Of a stretch of 64,000 nucleotides of DNA, positions 36,232 to 49,837 are shown in pieces. The notes beneath the pieces were generated by a model. That model saw nothing but the letters and a program-made list of their open reading frames with translations. It was not told the origin of the DNA and searched no databases. Made by a program: the position numbers and the translations under genes. Every line of letters starts with the position of its first letter. Position 1 is the stretch's first letter. This DNA is from Eledone cirrhosa (Eukaryota), in the NCBI GenBank assembly GCA_964016885.1, contig OZ024761.1, positions 7,626,001 through 7,690,000 on the forward strand, written 5' to 3'.

Positions 36232-36951
36232 TAATAATAATAATAATGAAATTATTGTGTAAAGTGCTCAGGTGCACTACAACTCGTCAATATAGTACAT
36301 AGAATAATACACAAATGCCAGGGAAGTACATGTTTGTATGTGTTAGCTGTAGTGTTGGCGGATCTCGGGAAGCATGGAGGCCTTAAAGGATGCAGTGTCT
36401 CGACAGCTAACAACTGATGCAGGTAGTTTGTTCCATGCTTCAGCAACTCTGAGCGTGAAAAAATGTTTCCGAAAGTCATGGGAACTGTGCTGTTTTCTTA
36501 CTTTGTGGGCATGTCCACGTGTGTTAGACACATGGAAATCGAAAAGGCACTCAGGGTTGTTGTTGGCAACATGGTTAACAATTTTGTGGGTGTTTACCAA
36601 GTCAGTTGCCAGGCGTCGGAGCTTCAATGAATCCATGCCCAGGGAAGCAAGGCGCTCAGAGTATGGTAGATGCCTGATGGAGGGTATTCGCTTGGTTGCA
36701 CGTCTCTGAACAGTTTCCAGGCGGTCAATGTCCTGAGCAAGATAGGGGTTCCAGACTGGTGATGCAAATTCTAAGTGTGGTCGCACCATAGCTGTATACA
36801 GCCTTAAATAGATATCTGGAGAGCGGCTGACAAAGGTCTTGCTGAGTGATGCTAAGACACCCTCGGCCCTCTTGACAATTTTAGAGACGTGCCTCGTCCA
36901 ACGCAAATCGCTGCTGACCGTAATGCCCAGGTCACGTTCACAGGAAGACTT
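36232..36951 (-). mobile_element. 5'-truncated CR1 LINE
   Basis: ERDLGITVSSDL, LYTAMVRPHLEFASPVWNP, LETVQRRATK, TRGH..K, FFTLRV...WNKLP; (TTA)n tail. Confidence 0.92.
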
Positions 36952-37289
36952 TATACTGAACCCGGTCATTGAAATGATCACAGTATAATAAACCTTTTAA
37001 GGAATTACACCAGTCCAGCCTCCTGTTATTTTATAATATATATACTATATATATAGTATATATCTTGATAGTTGATCAACAAGATCCCAGACCTCATTCG
37101 CTTAAAGAGTTAACGAGTAGGGTGGAGCTTGTCAAATGGGACCGAGGAAACAACTCTGTCAGCTGCAACTCCAGGCAGAAGGAGCAACGTGAAATAAAGG
37201 ACATAACACACCCCCCGATCTTGGAATCGAACTCACAACCTCACAATTGTGAATCCATTTCTCTAACCACTCAGCCACATGCCTTCACA

Positions 37290-37430
<141 letters not shown>

Positions 37431-37489
37431 TATTTACATATACATACATATTTTACTCTTTTACCTGTTCCAGCCATCCGGCTTAGCCT

Positions 37490-39965
37490 GTGTTGGCTGA
37501 CCATTGGTGTAAGAGGGAGCTTGTTGCTGCTGCCCTTAGCTTTCCCTCGTACCGTGCTGTGGGCTCATCTGGTATCCTGGATAGCAGAATGTCGAGATGT
37601 TTCTTGAAGACATCCACATCCAAACCATGTAGATCTCTCAAATCCCTCGGTAGCTTGTTGAAGAGTTGAGGCCCTTTGAATCCCAGGCTACTGCAATATC
37701 TGCTCCTTATTCTAGTTGGCACCACACAGTGAAATCCTGTTTGGGGCTTGGTCCAGTTCTCAATGCCAAAGTTTGGTGCTAGTCCCTCCAGGATTTTCCA
37801 TATATATATCACTGCGTATCTCTCCTGTCTTCGTTCCAAGAGTAGAGGTTCAGTTCTTATAGCCTCTTCCAGTAGCTTATCTCCTTCATCGTCACAATCC
37901 TCTTGGTGTAGCTTCGTTGGATTGCTTTGATATTATGGGGTGACCACAGCTGGGAGCAATAGTCCAGGCAGCTTAGGACAAATGTCCTCCATAGTGTCAA
38001 CATGGTCTCTCGGCCTCTTGTCCGGAAAGTCCTCAAGATCGAGCCAGTGAGTCGTCTGCACATTGTCGCAACCCTCATGATGTGTGAAGAAATAAATGCA
38101 TCATCGTGTCTATCCCCACGTCTCGTATCGATTTCGACACAAGAATTTCAGTCCCTCCTGGTCCAGTGTAACTGTGTTGTACTGTATTTGTGTTTGTAGG
38201 TTGGTATTGTAGGGCTTGAAATTTGCCAGCATTAAACTGTATGTTGTTGTCTTCAGCCCATTTGTATATGGCATCCAGATCTTGTTGTAAAAGGGCAGCA
38301 TCAGCTGGGTTTTTGATTGCCTGTGCTACCTTAGTGTCATCAGAATAGCTAGTGAGGGATTTTGTATGTACTACAGAGAGCATGTCTGAGAGAGTCACCA
38401 AGACTGTGCCCTGGGGCACCCCACTTGTTATTTATGTTTTCTTTGAGAGGGCCCCATTTGCTGTAACTGTCTGGCTTCTGGCTTTTAAGAAGTCATGCAG
38501 CCACTCACCTACTTTTCCAGTCTGTGTAGTTTGTAACATATACCGTGGTCGACCTTGTCAAAGGCCTTCGCAAAGTCAAGATATATCACGTCCACATGTG
38601 AGCTGTCCAGCAGTTGTTTCTGGACCTAGTCGTAGTGTTGTAACAGCTGTGTAAGGCAGCTTCTTCCTGGGAAAAAGCCATGCTGTGTGCTAGTTAGGTG
38701 GTCATTTTCCTCAAGGAACATGATCAGTTTCTTTCTGATGATTCGTTCCATGACCTTACTGATATGTGACGTCAGAGAGACTGGCCTGTAATTTTTTACC
38801 TCCAATCAGCTTCCTCCTTTATGGATAGGGCATAATGTGCCTTCTTTCAGCTCCCTAAGTAGTCGACCACTAGCCAAAGAACTTCTGAAGAGGATCTTCA
38901 GTGGAGTTGCTACATGTTTTTAGGAGGACTGCTGGGAATCCATCAGGTCCAGCAGCTGAGTTTGTTCTAATTTCGTTTATGGCGGATACCACATCTTCCT
39001 CCGTTATGTCTATGCGGTTGATGGTCGACATTTCTTCATGGAGTGTTGTAGCATCAAAGAAATCCTCTGGCTTTGTTATTTGCATGTGCTTCAGTGGACA
39101 TGTGAACACACTTTTGTACTGTTCATTCAGTATTTCACTTATCTCTTGGGAACCGCGGTTAATGAACTGTCTTTATGGAAGAGTGGCCCGATCTTGTAGT
39201 GTATCGAGGCAGTTTCTTTTACAAATTTAAAGGAGGACTTAGGATTTGTTTTAATATTTTCTATGGCCCTGATTTCTCTCTTTGCCATCTTCTCATAGGA
39301 AAGTTTGAGTGCAGTTTCAATTTCATGTAGTGCACGTTTCAAATAGGATTCCTTCTTGTTTTTTTGTTGTGCATTTAACTGGTTTGAGAGCTTAGTTCTT
39401 CGTCTTATAAGGATTTTCCTGTCTGTAGGAATAAGATTTTTATGTCCGTTGACCTTTTTCTCCAGGACAAACTTATGGATTGTATTGTTGTCATGAAATG
39501 TTGAAAATGTGTGCTGGTGTCTTGTGTGGTGATGTTGTCGCTCCATTTTTGCTTCTGGATCTCTTTCTGGATCTTTTTCCAGTTAGCCTTGTGAAAGTTT
39601 AAGGAGGTCGCCCACAGGCCATTTGACCTTTGGTAGGTTAAAGTCTCCCAGGAGTAGAATGTTGAGGCCCTGGTCTAGTTTGTCAAGGATCTCTTCCATC
39701 CTTCTGAGGCTATCTTCAAATTTACCCTCATGACTAGGGGCATCGTGTGGCCGATATGTGACGCATATTACTGTCTTTAGTTGCTTCATATGTACTATCA
39801 GTGTGTCACAGATGGAGTTTGAATGTGTCAGCAGTACAATTGGTGTGACATCTTCACGAATATACAGAGCAACCCCACCAAGAGTTCTCTCCTTCCTGTC
39901 TGAACGAAATACAGTATATTTTGGTATATGTATTTCCATATCTGCTACACTGCTTGTCAGGTGCG
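37490..39965 (-). mobile_element. Degenerate CR1/Jockey-group LINE (APE and RT)
   Basis: YTVFRSDR..GGVALY, TYRP, LLGDFNLP, SAAGPDG, PQGTVL, YSDDTK, LDYCSQLWSP and ERRQERY in broken minus-strand ORFs. Confidence 0.9.
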
Positions 39966-40229
39966 TTATTTTGACAATATATAAACAACCTTCCGGTTAT
40001 CCAATCAGCTGAAATTTATAATAAATTGAAGTGAAAACCAACAGGTGTGTGTGTGTGTGTGTGTTTTTATTGACAATATTACCCTACCAAAGTATAATAA
40101 TATATGTAAATATTTATTTATTATTAGTACAGATTAAAGTTTAAGTAAAGAATCGCTGCTTTCACCTTATTCTGGGATCTCCTGAAACTACAATTTGATC
40201 TGCGGTTTTTATGTACATACACATATATA

Positions 40230-41070
40230 ATCATCATCATTTTACGTCCGCTTTTCCCTGCTTGCAAGGGTGGGATGGGTCTTTTTCAGCATCTCTCTAC
40301 TCGTCACGGTCCTTCGTCGTCTCCACCGTGAGCTTCAGCGATCTGAGGTCTGTTCTCACCACCTCCGCCCATGTTTTTCGTGGTCTACCTCTACCACGTC
40401 TTCCTTCAACTGGCATTTCCTGGCACTTCTTCACCCATCGGTCATCCTCCATGCGCATTACATGTCCATACGACCTCAGTCTACTCTCCCGTACACTACT
40501 TTCTATCCCTCTCAGACACAGTTTCTCCCTCAACACATTTATGCTGGGTCATTCACGCACATTGACATTGCACATCCAACGGAGCATGCTTGCTTCATTT
40601 CTCTCCAGCCGTCGCATATCCTCTGCAGTTGCTGCCCATGTCTCACTACCATCATATAACCAGCTTTTCGTACGCAGGGAGAAACCCTTCTTCGTCAGCA
40701 GATGAAGCAGCTCCCTAAACTTCTTCCAACCCGTCCTTATTCTAGATACTATGGCCTCGGAACAGCCCCCTCCCATGCTAATCTGATCACCTAGGTACTG
40801 GAAGCTATCCACCACTTCTATAGCACTCGCCTGCATTTGAAAAATGTGTCTATCAATGCGACTTCTACTGTCTAATTTCCCTGTACATCTACTGCATACG
40901 TATTTCTCCCTACCTGTTAGTTTGCCTGCTATCCCACTACATCTCTTGCGTACCCAGGATCTGCATTGTGTGCATTTTATAGAATTTATGCTAGGTCCTT
41001 TTCTGCATATCGAACATGGCCATTTCCCCGACGGAATCAGAGTTTTGTTGTCCTCTTTTCTACTCATCAA
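40230..41070 (-). mobile_element. RTE LINE 3' fragment (second subfamily)
   Basis: GKWPCSICRK..RCSGIAGKL and LERNEASMLRWMC. Confidence 0.9.
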
Positions 41071-41409
41071 CATTATATATATATATATATATATAACCAA
41101 AGATTAATATGGTTCATTGATTATTCAACGAATACAATTTTACAATAGATTAGAGGCACTCGACAAAATTTTCCTGGAGTATTTAATATTATTCAAAATA
41201 TTAATAAATGAAAAATATTCTCATAATCAAAATATATATTTTATTATACATATTTCAAAGGTACAATGGTGTTTAAGTACGTTTTCATTAGACCAAATAT
41301 AAGATTTGATATGTGACATACCACTACAGTCTTGATTATTCAATTCCAATACTGCCACTATTGGAATTGAGTAATCAAAATTGTAGTGGTATGTCGCATA
41401 TAAAATCTT

Positions 41410-41474
41410 ATATTTTGTCTGATGAAAACGTACTTAAACACCATTGTACCTTTGAAATATGTATAATAAAATAT
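41410..41474 (+). ncRNA. Intact type I hammerhead ribozyme motif, sense to NCBP3 intron 6
   Basis: atattttgt CTGATGA aaa-c-gtac ttaaacaccatt gtac-c-ttt GAAA tatgta TA ataaaatat, with a 9-bp stem I. It lies in the right arm of hairpin 41215-41495; the mirror arm has a CTAATGA core. Confidence 0.78.
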
Positions 41475-41748
41475 ATATTTTGATTGAGAATATTTCTATT
41501 TTTTTTTCCTGAAACTGCTTCTTTATAATAAACTTTCAATAATATTTTTCAAATTATTAACTTAATAAAAAGTGGCCCCGGGTGCAACCGGGCTCAGCTG
41601 CTAGTATATATATATATATATATAGGAAAAAGTATGACCTCGACGGCAGAGTTCGGGGTCATACTTTTTCCTATTTCCCACTCTACTACCCTAAGTATTG
41701 AGTACTCTGGTGCGTTATGGTCCATCTGGTTCCTTACCACAATTCCTT

Positions 41749-41779
<31 letters not shown>

Positions 41780-42327
41780 AATATAATTCCTATCGAGCCC
41801 TCTTTGGATTTTGGTCTTCATAATTATTATTAATACTAGCTGGCCCCATGCCGTAAAAAATTATGGCTAATTGTAATATCTATACATAATATAAAAAAGA
41901 GATGTTTGTTTGTTGGTTGGTTCCTTTGTGCTCACTCACACAAGTGATACAAACACACAAACAGTCAGTCACCTCTAGTGTGTGACAGACAAATACAAGG
42001 CTTTTATATTTTAGTAGATATATATATATAAATATTTGTTTTGCAAGGTTTTTGATATGAAATCGTGTGTCAAAACAAATATTGTTATACAGAAGTGAAA
42101 ACCAACCAAACAGTGTGTTCTGTTATTATTTCTGGCAATATTATTACAACAATATGACCCTCCCCAAGTATAACAATATATATATATATATAAAGCAAAC
42201 AGAAATAACAAAGTAAACAACATAGCTCAATGAAAAAATATTTGTTTTACGCTATAGTAAGATATAGTAAGAAAAAAGTAATGTGTGTGTACATATATAT
42301 ATACACACACGCACGTGTGTGTATATG

Positions 42328-43060
42328 TATCATCATCATCACTGTTTTACGTCCGATCTTCCGTGCTAGCATGGGTTAGACGGGTTGTCCTGTTGTGGGC
42401 AGTGTCCGGTCGGCTGATCTTGTCTTCCTCATACGGGAACTGATTCTGGCTTGATTTCTACAGCTGGATGCCCTTCCTAACACCAACCTCATTTAGTGAG
42501 TGCTGGGTGCTTTTTTTTGCCGTGGCACCTCCACGACCACTCTGCAGTGGGAGAGTGTGGGGGCATATTGTCTATATGCTTCAGCTTCGGCTTGTATTCG
42601 TGGGAAGTCGGGTTTCTGTATTACTGCGTGACGCTAGAGGTCACAGTCCTGTGTCATCGCTGTTGAGAGGTGTAATTGGGTAAGGTTGGCTTTTATCACC
42701 TCATCCCAGGTCTTCTTGGGTCTCCCCACTCCGCGGCTTCCATCGACTTCGAGTGCTCTGCACCTTTTTATGCAGCTGTCATCCTTCATACACATCACAT
42801 GTCCATACCAACGCAACCTCCTCTCCTGCACACAGCATTTGATTCCTCTTATGCTCAGTCTCTCTCTCAATTCATTTATGCTTTGCCGTTCGCGTATATT
42901 ACTATTACACATCCATCTGAGCATGCAGGCTTCGTTTCTTTCTAATCTACACAAGTCTTTCACATTCAGCACCCAGGTCTCACTACCATGTAACATTGCT
43001 GTTTGTATACACACATCATACAGCCTGCCTTTCATTTTGAGGGAAAAACCTTTTGCAGTA
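42328..43060 (-). mobile_element. RTE LINE 3' fragment
   Basis: AKGFSLKMKGRLYD...ERRLRWYGHV...GRPKKTWDEVIK plus 3' UTR. Confidence 0.9.
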
Positions 43061-43097
43061 TATGTGTATATATGTATGTATATGTGTGTGTGTGTGT

Positions 43098-43144
<47 letters not shown>

Positions 43145-43217
43145 TTATTTTGAAATTCACATGCTTGGGTTTACTATGAAGCTATTTGTTTAAAGTAATA
43201 ATTGTCTGTTTATCAAG

Positions 43218-43389
43218 GACAAATCTAGTAGACCAAAGTCATCGACACGCTCACTTGAAACAGTTGCGCCTGCTCCGCCTGATTCTTGGAAAAATCTGGA
43301 AGACATATGTTGGCCCCCGGGGAAGTGGCGTCTTGGTGTTTTAACCAACAAAAATAACCAGCATTTATTCATGAGATATGCTACAAAAG
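43218..43389 (+). CDS. NCBP3: NCBP3 exon 7 (...WPPGKWRLGVLTNKNNQHLFMRYATK)
   Basis: Conserved LFMR(F/Y)ATK motif; G|gtacaa donor. The aag acceptor is weaker, so the 5' boundary is less certain. Confidence 0.85.
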
Positions 43390-44329
43390 GTACAAATGGT
43401 TTATTATTTTCAACATGTCATCTATCTGTTTTTACAGATTTGTATTCATTTTTCTTTTAGTTTTTCTGACTGTTTTTGATACCAACCCAGCCAAAATACA
43501 TGATTTGGTCCCATGATGCAAAACCACCATTTTAAAGGGTTCCTGCTTAACCTTTTAGCATTTACATTACTCTATATATACTATTGTATTTTCGTGGTAA
43601 AGGCTTTACCTTACATAATTATCTCACATAATACCAAATCTATGAGATTTTGATATTATTTACTTTGAGAACAATACCTTAACATCAGTATGAGTGGCCA
43701 GTTACAGGCGGTTTGAACAGAAACGGGTGAGAGAATTCTGGCTGGGTATGGCCAGTTTAAATTAAAACCTTCAAAATATAATTTTATATTAAAACATTTT
43801 GTTGTATTACAAATACTATCTTAACAAAATTTATAACTTCAGTAAATCTTTCCCAGATCCTTCTTTTTTGGGGAGGGTTGTGGTGGAGCAGAGCCCTCAA
43901 ATACAACTTCCATAAGGTCCAATCAGAAGCAACTGTCTCCAACTGATCCAGTTAAATCCCCAAGTGAGACCAACCTAGTTTATGGATGTTATCCAACCAT
44001 TTTGCTTGGGGTGTGTCTCCTGCCAGTTGGTTTTGCCTGTAAAATCTGTCCAGTGATTCATTCCTTAGGCATTCTAACTTGTTCATAATATTGGAGCTCT
44101 GATCTCTCAATTCGGAGAATTAGCAGCTCTACCTGGAGTGACTCTCTCATCTCTGAGCTACACACTATCAAGTAATATTGAATGATGATGAAGAGTAGGC
44201 TGTGTGGAGTAATGTGTGTTTGTCAGCTTCTTTGATGCTGTAGTCTAAAAGTTTAAATCAAAAGTCTATCTCAAGCCCGGAGGCTCATTAGGCTGGTGCT
44301 TATCCTGGCTTCCTTAGCATTAAGCAAAT

Positions 44330-44780
44330 TCTTCTTGTGTCCATAATAGTGTTACAAACCTTGGCTAAATGTGGTTCCACCACAGCTGAACACATTGCTG
44401 CCTCTTCTCATTAAACTCTGCCAAGTCCAATGCTGTGCAGGGGTGTTCCAGCAGGGGGCATATCAGGAGGTGCTGCGTAGTCTGTGGTTCGATGCCGCAG
44501 TCACACACAATGTCCCCATCCTTTAAATATCCCCATTTTGCAAGAGTGACTTTTGCACGTCCAACACCAGATCTTAGTCTGTTTAGGCATTTCCACACTG
44601 CATAGTTTGTGTCTGCTCCAGGGGTGGGGGCAGTGCCTCGCTTGCCTTTAGCTCCATTGTTGTTACTGATGGAAGGTTAAGTGACTCTTTCACTAATTAC
44701 GCTTGATGTTCCAAGGAGTGTGACACTCTTTAGGACACTTTTCCTGGATTTAAGGTGTCTTTTGGCTGGCAACTGAGAGT
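44330..44780 (-). mobile_element. RTEX-like LINE 3' end
   Basis: ORF 44365-44598 with WKCLNRLRSG and a CDCG..H...C knuckle. Confidence 0.7.
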
Positions 44781-45242
44781 ACAAGACTCCCCCCCTCCCT
44801 GTCCTGGCAGCTAAATAGTAGCACAAAGTTTGAAGAGTTCAATATTGGGGTTTATAGTGTGACTAATACAGGTGGTGAATTGGCAGAGTTGTTAAGACAT
44901 CGGATAGAATGCTTTACGGTATTCGTCCCACCTCATTGCACGGTCTGAGTTCAAATCCCGCCGTGGTCAACTTTACCTCTCATCCTTTCAAGGTTGATAA
45001 AATAAAGTACCAGTCCCGTGCTGGGGGTCGATTCTTCCTCCATAGAATAAAATCAGCTGTGTTCAGACCTGGAGAGGGTTGGGCTCTGCCAGGTTTAAAA
45101 GTGCCCTAGACACACCATATGACGGGTGCCTCTACAACTCCACAAGGAGTTGTGGGATCTTTATCCTTTTACCTTTTAAGGTGACTAAAGCTAGTGGCAT
45201 GGTTGCGGTCTGATGATCACATGGTTTCATCTTTTGTTGCAG

Positions 45243-45314
45243 CTGACCGAAAGTTACCTGGCGCTGAGAAACGGAGTCAGTATTATGTAAGACACGGCAA
45301 CCCCAACTATGGAG
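45243..45314 (+). CDS. NCBP3: NCBP3 exon 8 (DRKLPGAEKRSQYYVRHGNPNYG)
   Basis: Matches conserved D.K..GA..RSQYY..YGNPNYG; tgcag acceptor and gtaagt donor. Confidence 0.93.
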
Positions 45315-46072
45315 GTAAGTAATTTCTGCTAGGGCGGTGGATTGGCAATATCGGAAGAGCGCCAGACACCATACTTTGCAGCATAGAGTTGTGGCCCTTT
45401 ACGCCCTGAGTTCAAATCCCGCTGAGGTTAACTCTGCCTTTCATCCTTATGGGGTCGATAAAATAAATAAGTACCAGTAATGCACTGGGGTAATTGCTGG
45501 CCTTGTGCGAAAAGTATAAACAATTAATTAACCTGCTATCTTTCATTAAATATTTTATTGTTAGTGAGTGGGGATGGGGGTGTTGTTGTTTACTTGAAGC
45601 ATTGTGGAATAGGAAATACAAATTTAAATAAGTTTAAAAGCCCTAAAATACATACAAGATTAAAGGTGTCAAGGTAAGACCTACACACTGTCTCCCTAAA
45701 ACTCGAGAACCACCCAACCGATAGTTTTCAAACTTTACACATGTAATACTTATGGTCCTGTGAGTGTTTTCAAATTTTCAATGCTCAAGGGACCACATTA
45801 GGCGATTTAGCGATCTCTCTCTATAATTCTTAGTCTTTCTTTTTAGATAGATACATAGATATAACGTTGCGCCCTTATAATATCTGTCTGTATGTCTGGC
45901 TGTCTGCATTACGACATTATGTGTGTGTATATATGTGTATATATGTGTATATAGTGTGTGTAACGTTTTTCGAAATATTTACTTCTGCGTTTACAGATTG
46001 ATTTTTTTCAGTTTCAGAAGATCCCGTTATAGGGTGAAAGCAGCGATTCTTTGCTTAAACTTAAATCTGTTA

Positions 46073-46111
<39 letters not shown>

Positions 46112-46118
<7 letters not shown>

Positions 46119-48400
46119 CATCATATCATCATCATCATTTTACGTCCGCTTTTCCCTGCTTGCAAGGGTGGGACGGGTCTTATTCAGCACAGCATCTCCC
46201 AGTTGTCACGGTCCTTCGTCATCATCACCGTGAGCTTCAGTGATCTGAGGTCTGTTCTCACCACCTCCGCCCATGTTATTCGTGGTCTACCTCTACCACG
46301 TCTTCCTTCAACTGCCATTTCCTGGCACTTCTTCACCCATCGGTCATCCTCCATGCACATCACATGTTCATACCACCTCAGTCTCCCTCTCGCATACTAC
46401 ATTCTATCCCTCTCAGACACAGTTTCTCTCTCAACACATTCATGCTGGGTCGTTCACGCACATTGACATTGCACATCCAACGGAGCATGCTTGCTTCATT
46501 TCTTTCCAGCCGTAGCATATCCTCTGCAGTTGTTGCCCATGTCTCACTACCATGTAACATCGCGCTCCTCACACAGGCATCATATAACCGGCCTTTCATA
46601 TGCAGGGAGAAACCCTTCTTCGTCAGCAGAGGAAGCAGCTTCCTAAACTTCTTCCAACCCATCCTTATTCTAGATACTATGGCCTCTGAACACCCCCCTC
46701 CCATGCTAATCTGATCTCCTAGGTACCGGAAGCTATCCACCACTTTTATAGCACCTGCCTGCATTTGAAAAATGTGTCTATCAATGCAACTTCTGTCTAA
46801 TTTCCCTGTACATCTACTGCATACGTATTTCTCCCTACCTGTTAGTTTGCCTGCTATCCCGCTACATCTTTTGTGTACCCAGGATCTGCATTGTGTGCAT
46901 TTTATAGAATTTATGCCAGTTCCTTTTCTGCATATCAAACATGGCCATTTCCCTGATAGAAGCAGAGTTTTGTCCTCTTTTCTACTTATCAACACTTTTG
47001 TCTTAGCTAGGTTCACTCTCAGTCCTCTTGCTTCCAACTGCTGTTTCCATAGCCAGAATTTATTCTCTAGCTCCTCTACTGATTCTGCTATAAGAACCAG
47101 ATCGTCAGCATAGAGAAGTTCCCATGGACAGCCAGTCTTAAACTCCTCTGTTATGGCTTGGAGGACTATAATGAACAAGAGCGGGCTGAGGACCGAACCT
47201 TGATGTACTCCTACTTGTACCTGGAATTCCTCACTAAACTCCATTCCTACTCTGACTTTACTGACAGTACCTCTGTACCACAAGCCATTCCTCAACACCT
47301 AGTTTCCTCAGGGACCACCAGATGACAGATCGGGGTACCCTATCAAAGGCCTTCTCAGGTCAACAAAGGCTAAGTATAGTGGCTTAATTTTCTCTAAGAA
47401 CGTCTCTTGTAATTGTCTCACCGAGAAGAGGGCATCTGTTGTACTCTTCCCAGGCACAAAACCAAACTGCATCTCATCTAGTTTGACCCTTTCTCTAATT
47501 AGTTATGCTAATATCCTTTCTGCCACTTTCATAACCTGATCCATCAGTTTTATACCCCTATAATTGCTCCTCTCCAGAGCATCCCCTTTACCTTTATAGC
47601 AATTTATGAGAATACTGCTGCACCAGTCTTTGGGTATGACACCACCATATATAGCCTGATTGATGATGCGTGCAACAAGTTTAGTGCCTACGTCCCCTGA
47701 TGCCTTCAGCATCTCAGCAACTATCTCCGATGGTCCAGCAGCCTTACCATTTTTCATTTCCTTAATCGCCTCTTGGACCCTATATTCGTCAATCTCAATA
47801 GCTGGTCCCTCTGTCGGATCTACTGAGGGTAATTTCTCTCTCTCCCATTCGTTCTCCACATTCATTAGTCTCTCATAATGACATTTCCAGGCCACCTTTT
47901 TCTGATCGTTCGTGACACTAAGTACACTGGCATCATTCCGGGCACATTTATCTCCAACAACATCCTGATTTGCATTGACACACTGCCTTGCAATGTGGAA
48001 CACCGCACGCCTCTGATCTTCCCGTCGCAGAACATTGGCAAACCTCCTACTCTCATCTCAGCCTCCCTGCGTGCTAAGTACACCTGACGTCTAGCTTCTC
48101 TCTTAGCGGCTGTTTATCCTTCCCTACTCCCACCCTTTTTCCAAGCCTTCCATGCTAGTCTTTTGTCTCTAATGGCCTTATCTTCTGTGCTGTTCCACCA
48201 CCAGGTCACTCTCTGTCTGGTTGGAACTCTGCTCCAGCCAGAAGTTTCATCAGTAGCCTGAAGTAAGTTGTCACGTTAGAAATTCCAGTTATCTGTCATA
48301 CATCTCTAAATCGTCTTCTTTTTCGTTATACACATCTTGTAGGGCTTTCCTAAATTTGTATTTTAGTGAAAGGTCTTTTAGCTTCCAGACCTTTCTTATT
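46112..48400 (-). mobile_element. Degenerate RTE LINE (second subfamily)
   Basis: ORFs 46378-47298 and 47503-48003 with NYRGIKLMD, GVHQGSVLSP and LYADD. Confidence 0.93.
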
Positions 48401-49805
48401 ATATATTATATATATATATATAATTATATATTCCTCTACAGATATTTTTGCATACACAATAACAAAATATAAACAAACGTATTTATTTCACGAGGCTCGA
48501 TAAAGATAAATATATATCAAATATATAAGAACCCTAGAGCAAATCCCGAGCAACACCGGGCCATTCTGCTAGTAATAAAAAATATAATATATACTATGTA
48601 TAAATATATATATATTATTTATTTTACTATATTTATATATATGTATCATTTGATATTTAATATACTAATATACTATTATACTAATATACTATTATACTAT
48701 TATACTTTTTTAATGCCCCCATAGGCCTCAGTGTCCCCTGGACCTTCTCTACACCCCTAGGGGGGGGGGGTATTGCCCATTTTGAGAACCTCTTGTTTAC
48801 TGCAAATTTACACAATGAGGCACATGGCTTAGTGGTTAGAGCATTGGGCTTGCAATCGAAAGGTTGTGAGTTCAATTCTCAGACCGGGTGATGTGTTGTT
48901 TCCTTGAGCAAGACACTTTATTTCACATTGCTCCAGTTTACTCAGCTGTAGAAATGAGATGATAGGGACCCCAGACTGGGGTCCCTATCATTCCACTGCA
49001 AAGTGGACGTGTAGACGCCACAGTAAAAAGCACCCAGCACTCACTGTAAATGAGGTTGGTGTTAGGAAGGGCATCCAACTGTAGAAATCAAGCCAGAATC
49101 AGTTCCCGTCCTACCCTTGCAAGCAGGGAAAAGCGGACGTATAATGAAATGATGATGATGATGATAATATATATATATATATCATCATAATAATTATATA
49201 TATATATATATGCTTTGCAGCATAGAGTTATGGCCCTTTATGTTCTCAGTTTAAATCCTGCCGAGATTAGCTTTGCCTTTCATCCTTACGGGGGTCATAA
49301 AATAAAGCACCAGTTATGCACCGGGGTTCATTTAATCGACCCCAAAATGCTGGCCTTGTGCATAAATCAGAAACCATTATTTTGGAAATAATTGTTTCTA
49401 CTTTTGGCACAAGGCCAGCAATCACCCAGTACATTACTTGTACTTTATTTTATCGACCCCTGACCCTTGTAAGGATGAAAGGCAAAGTTAACCTCGGCGG
49501 TATTTGAACTCAGACCATAAAGGGACGTAACTCTTTGCTGCAAAGCATGGTGTCCGACCCTCTACCGATACTGCCAATCCACCGCCCTATTTTGGAAATA
49601 ATGAAAAACCTTTTTTATTGTTAAGCTGGTGTGACAGTGGTGGAATGACACTAATTATTAGAGCTTTGGACAACATGCTTTGAAGCATATAGTTACATCC
49701 CTTTACATTCTGAGTTATGTGCTGAGATGCTATAGAATAGCTTATAAAATAGGGTGAAGACCCTTAAGGACAGGAAAAGAAGTTGTCCTTGGCTACTACA
49801 TTCAA

Positions 49806-49837
<32 letters not shown>

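Noticed and set aside
46010-46075. Hammerhead candidate cagaaga-t-ccc..ggg-t-gaaa (inverted copy near 40130-40190)
   Set aside because: Both copies have CAG rather than CTG in the core and no convincing stem I or cleavage site.
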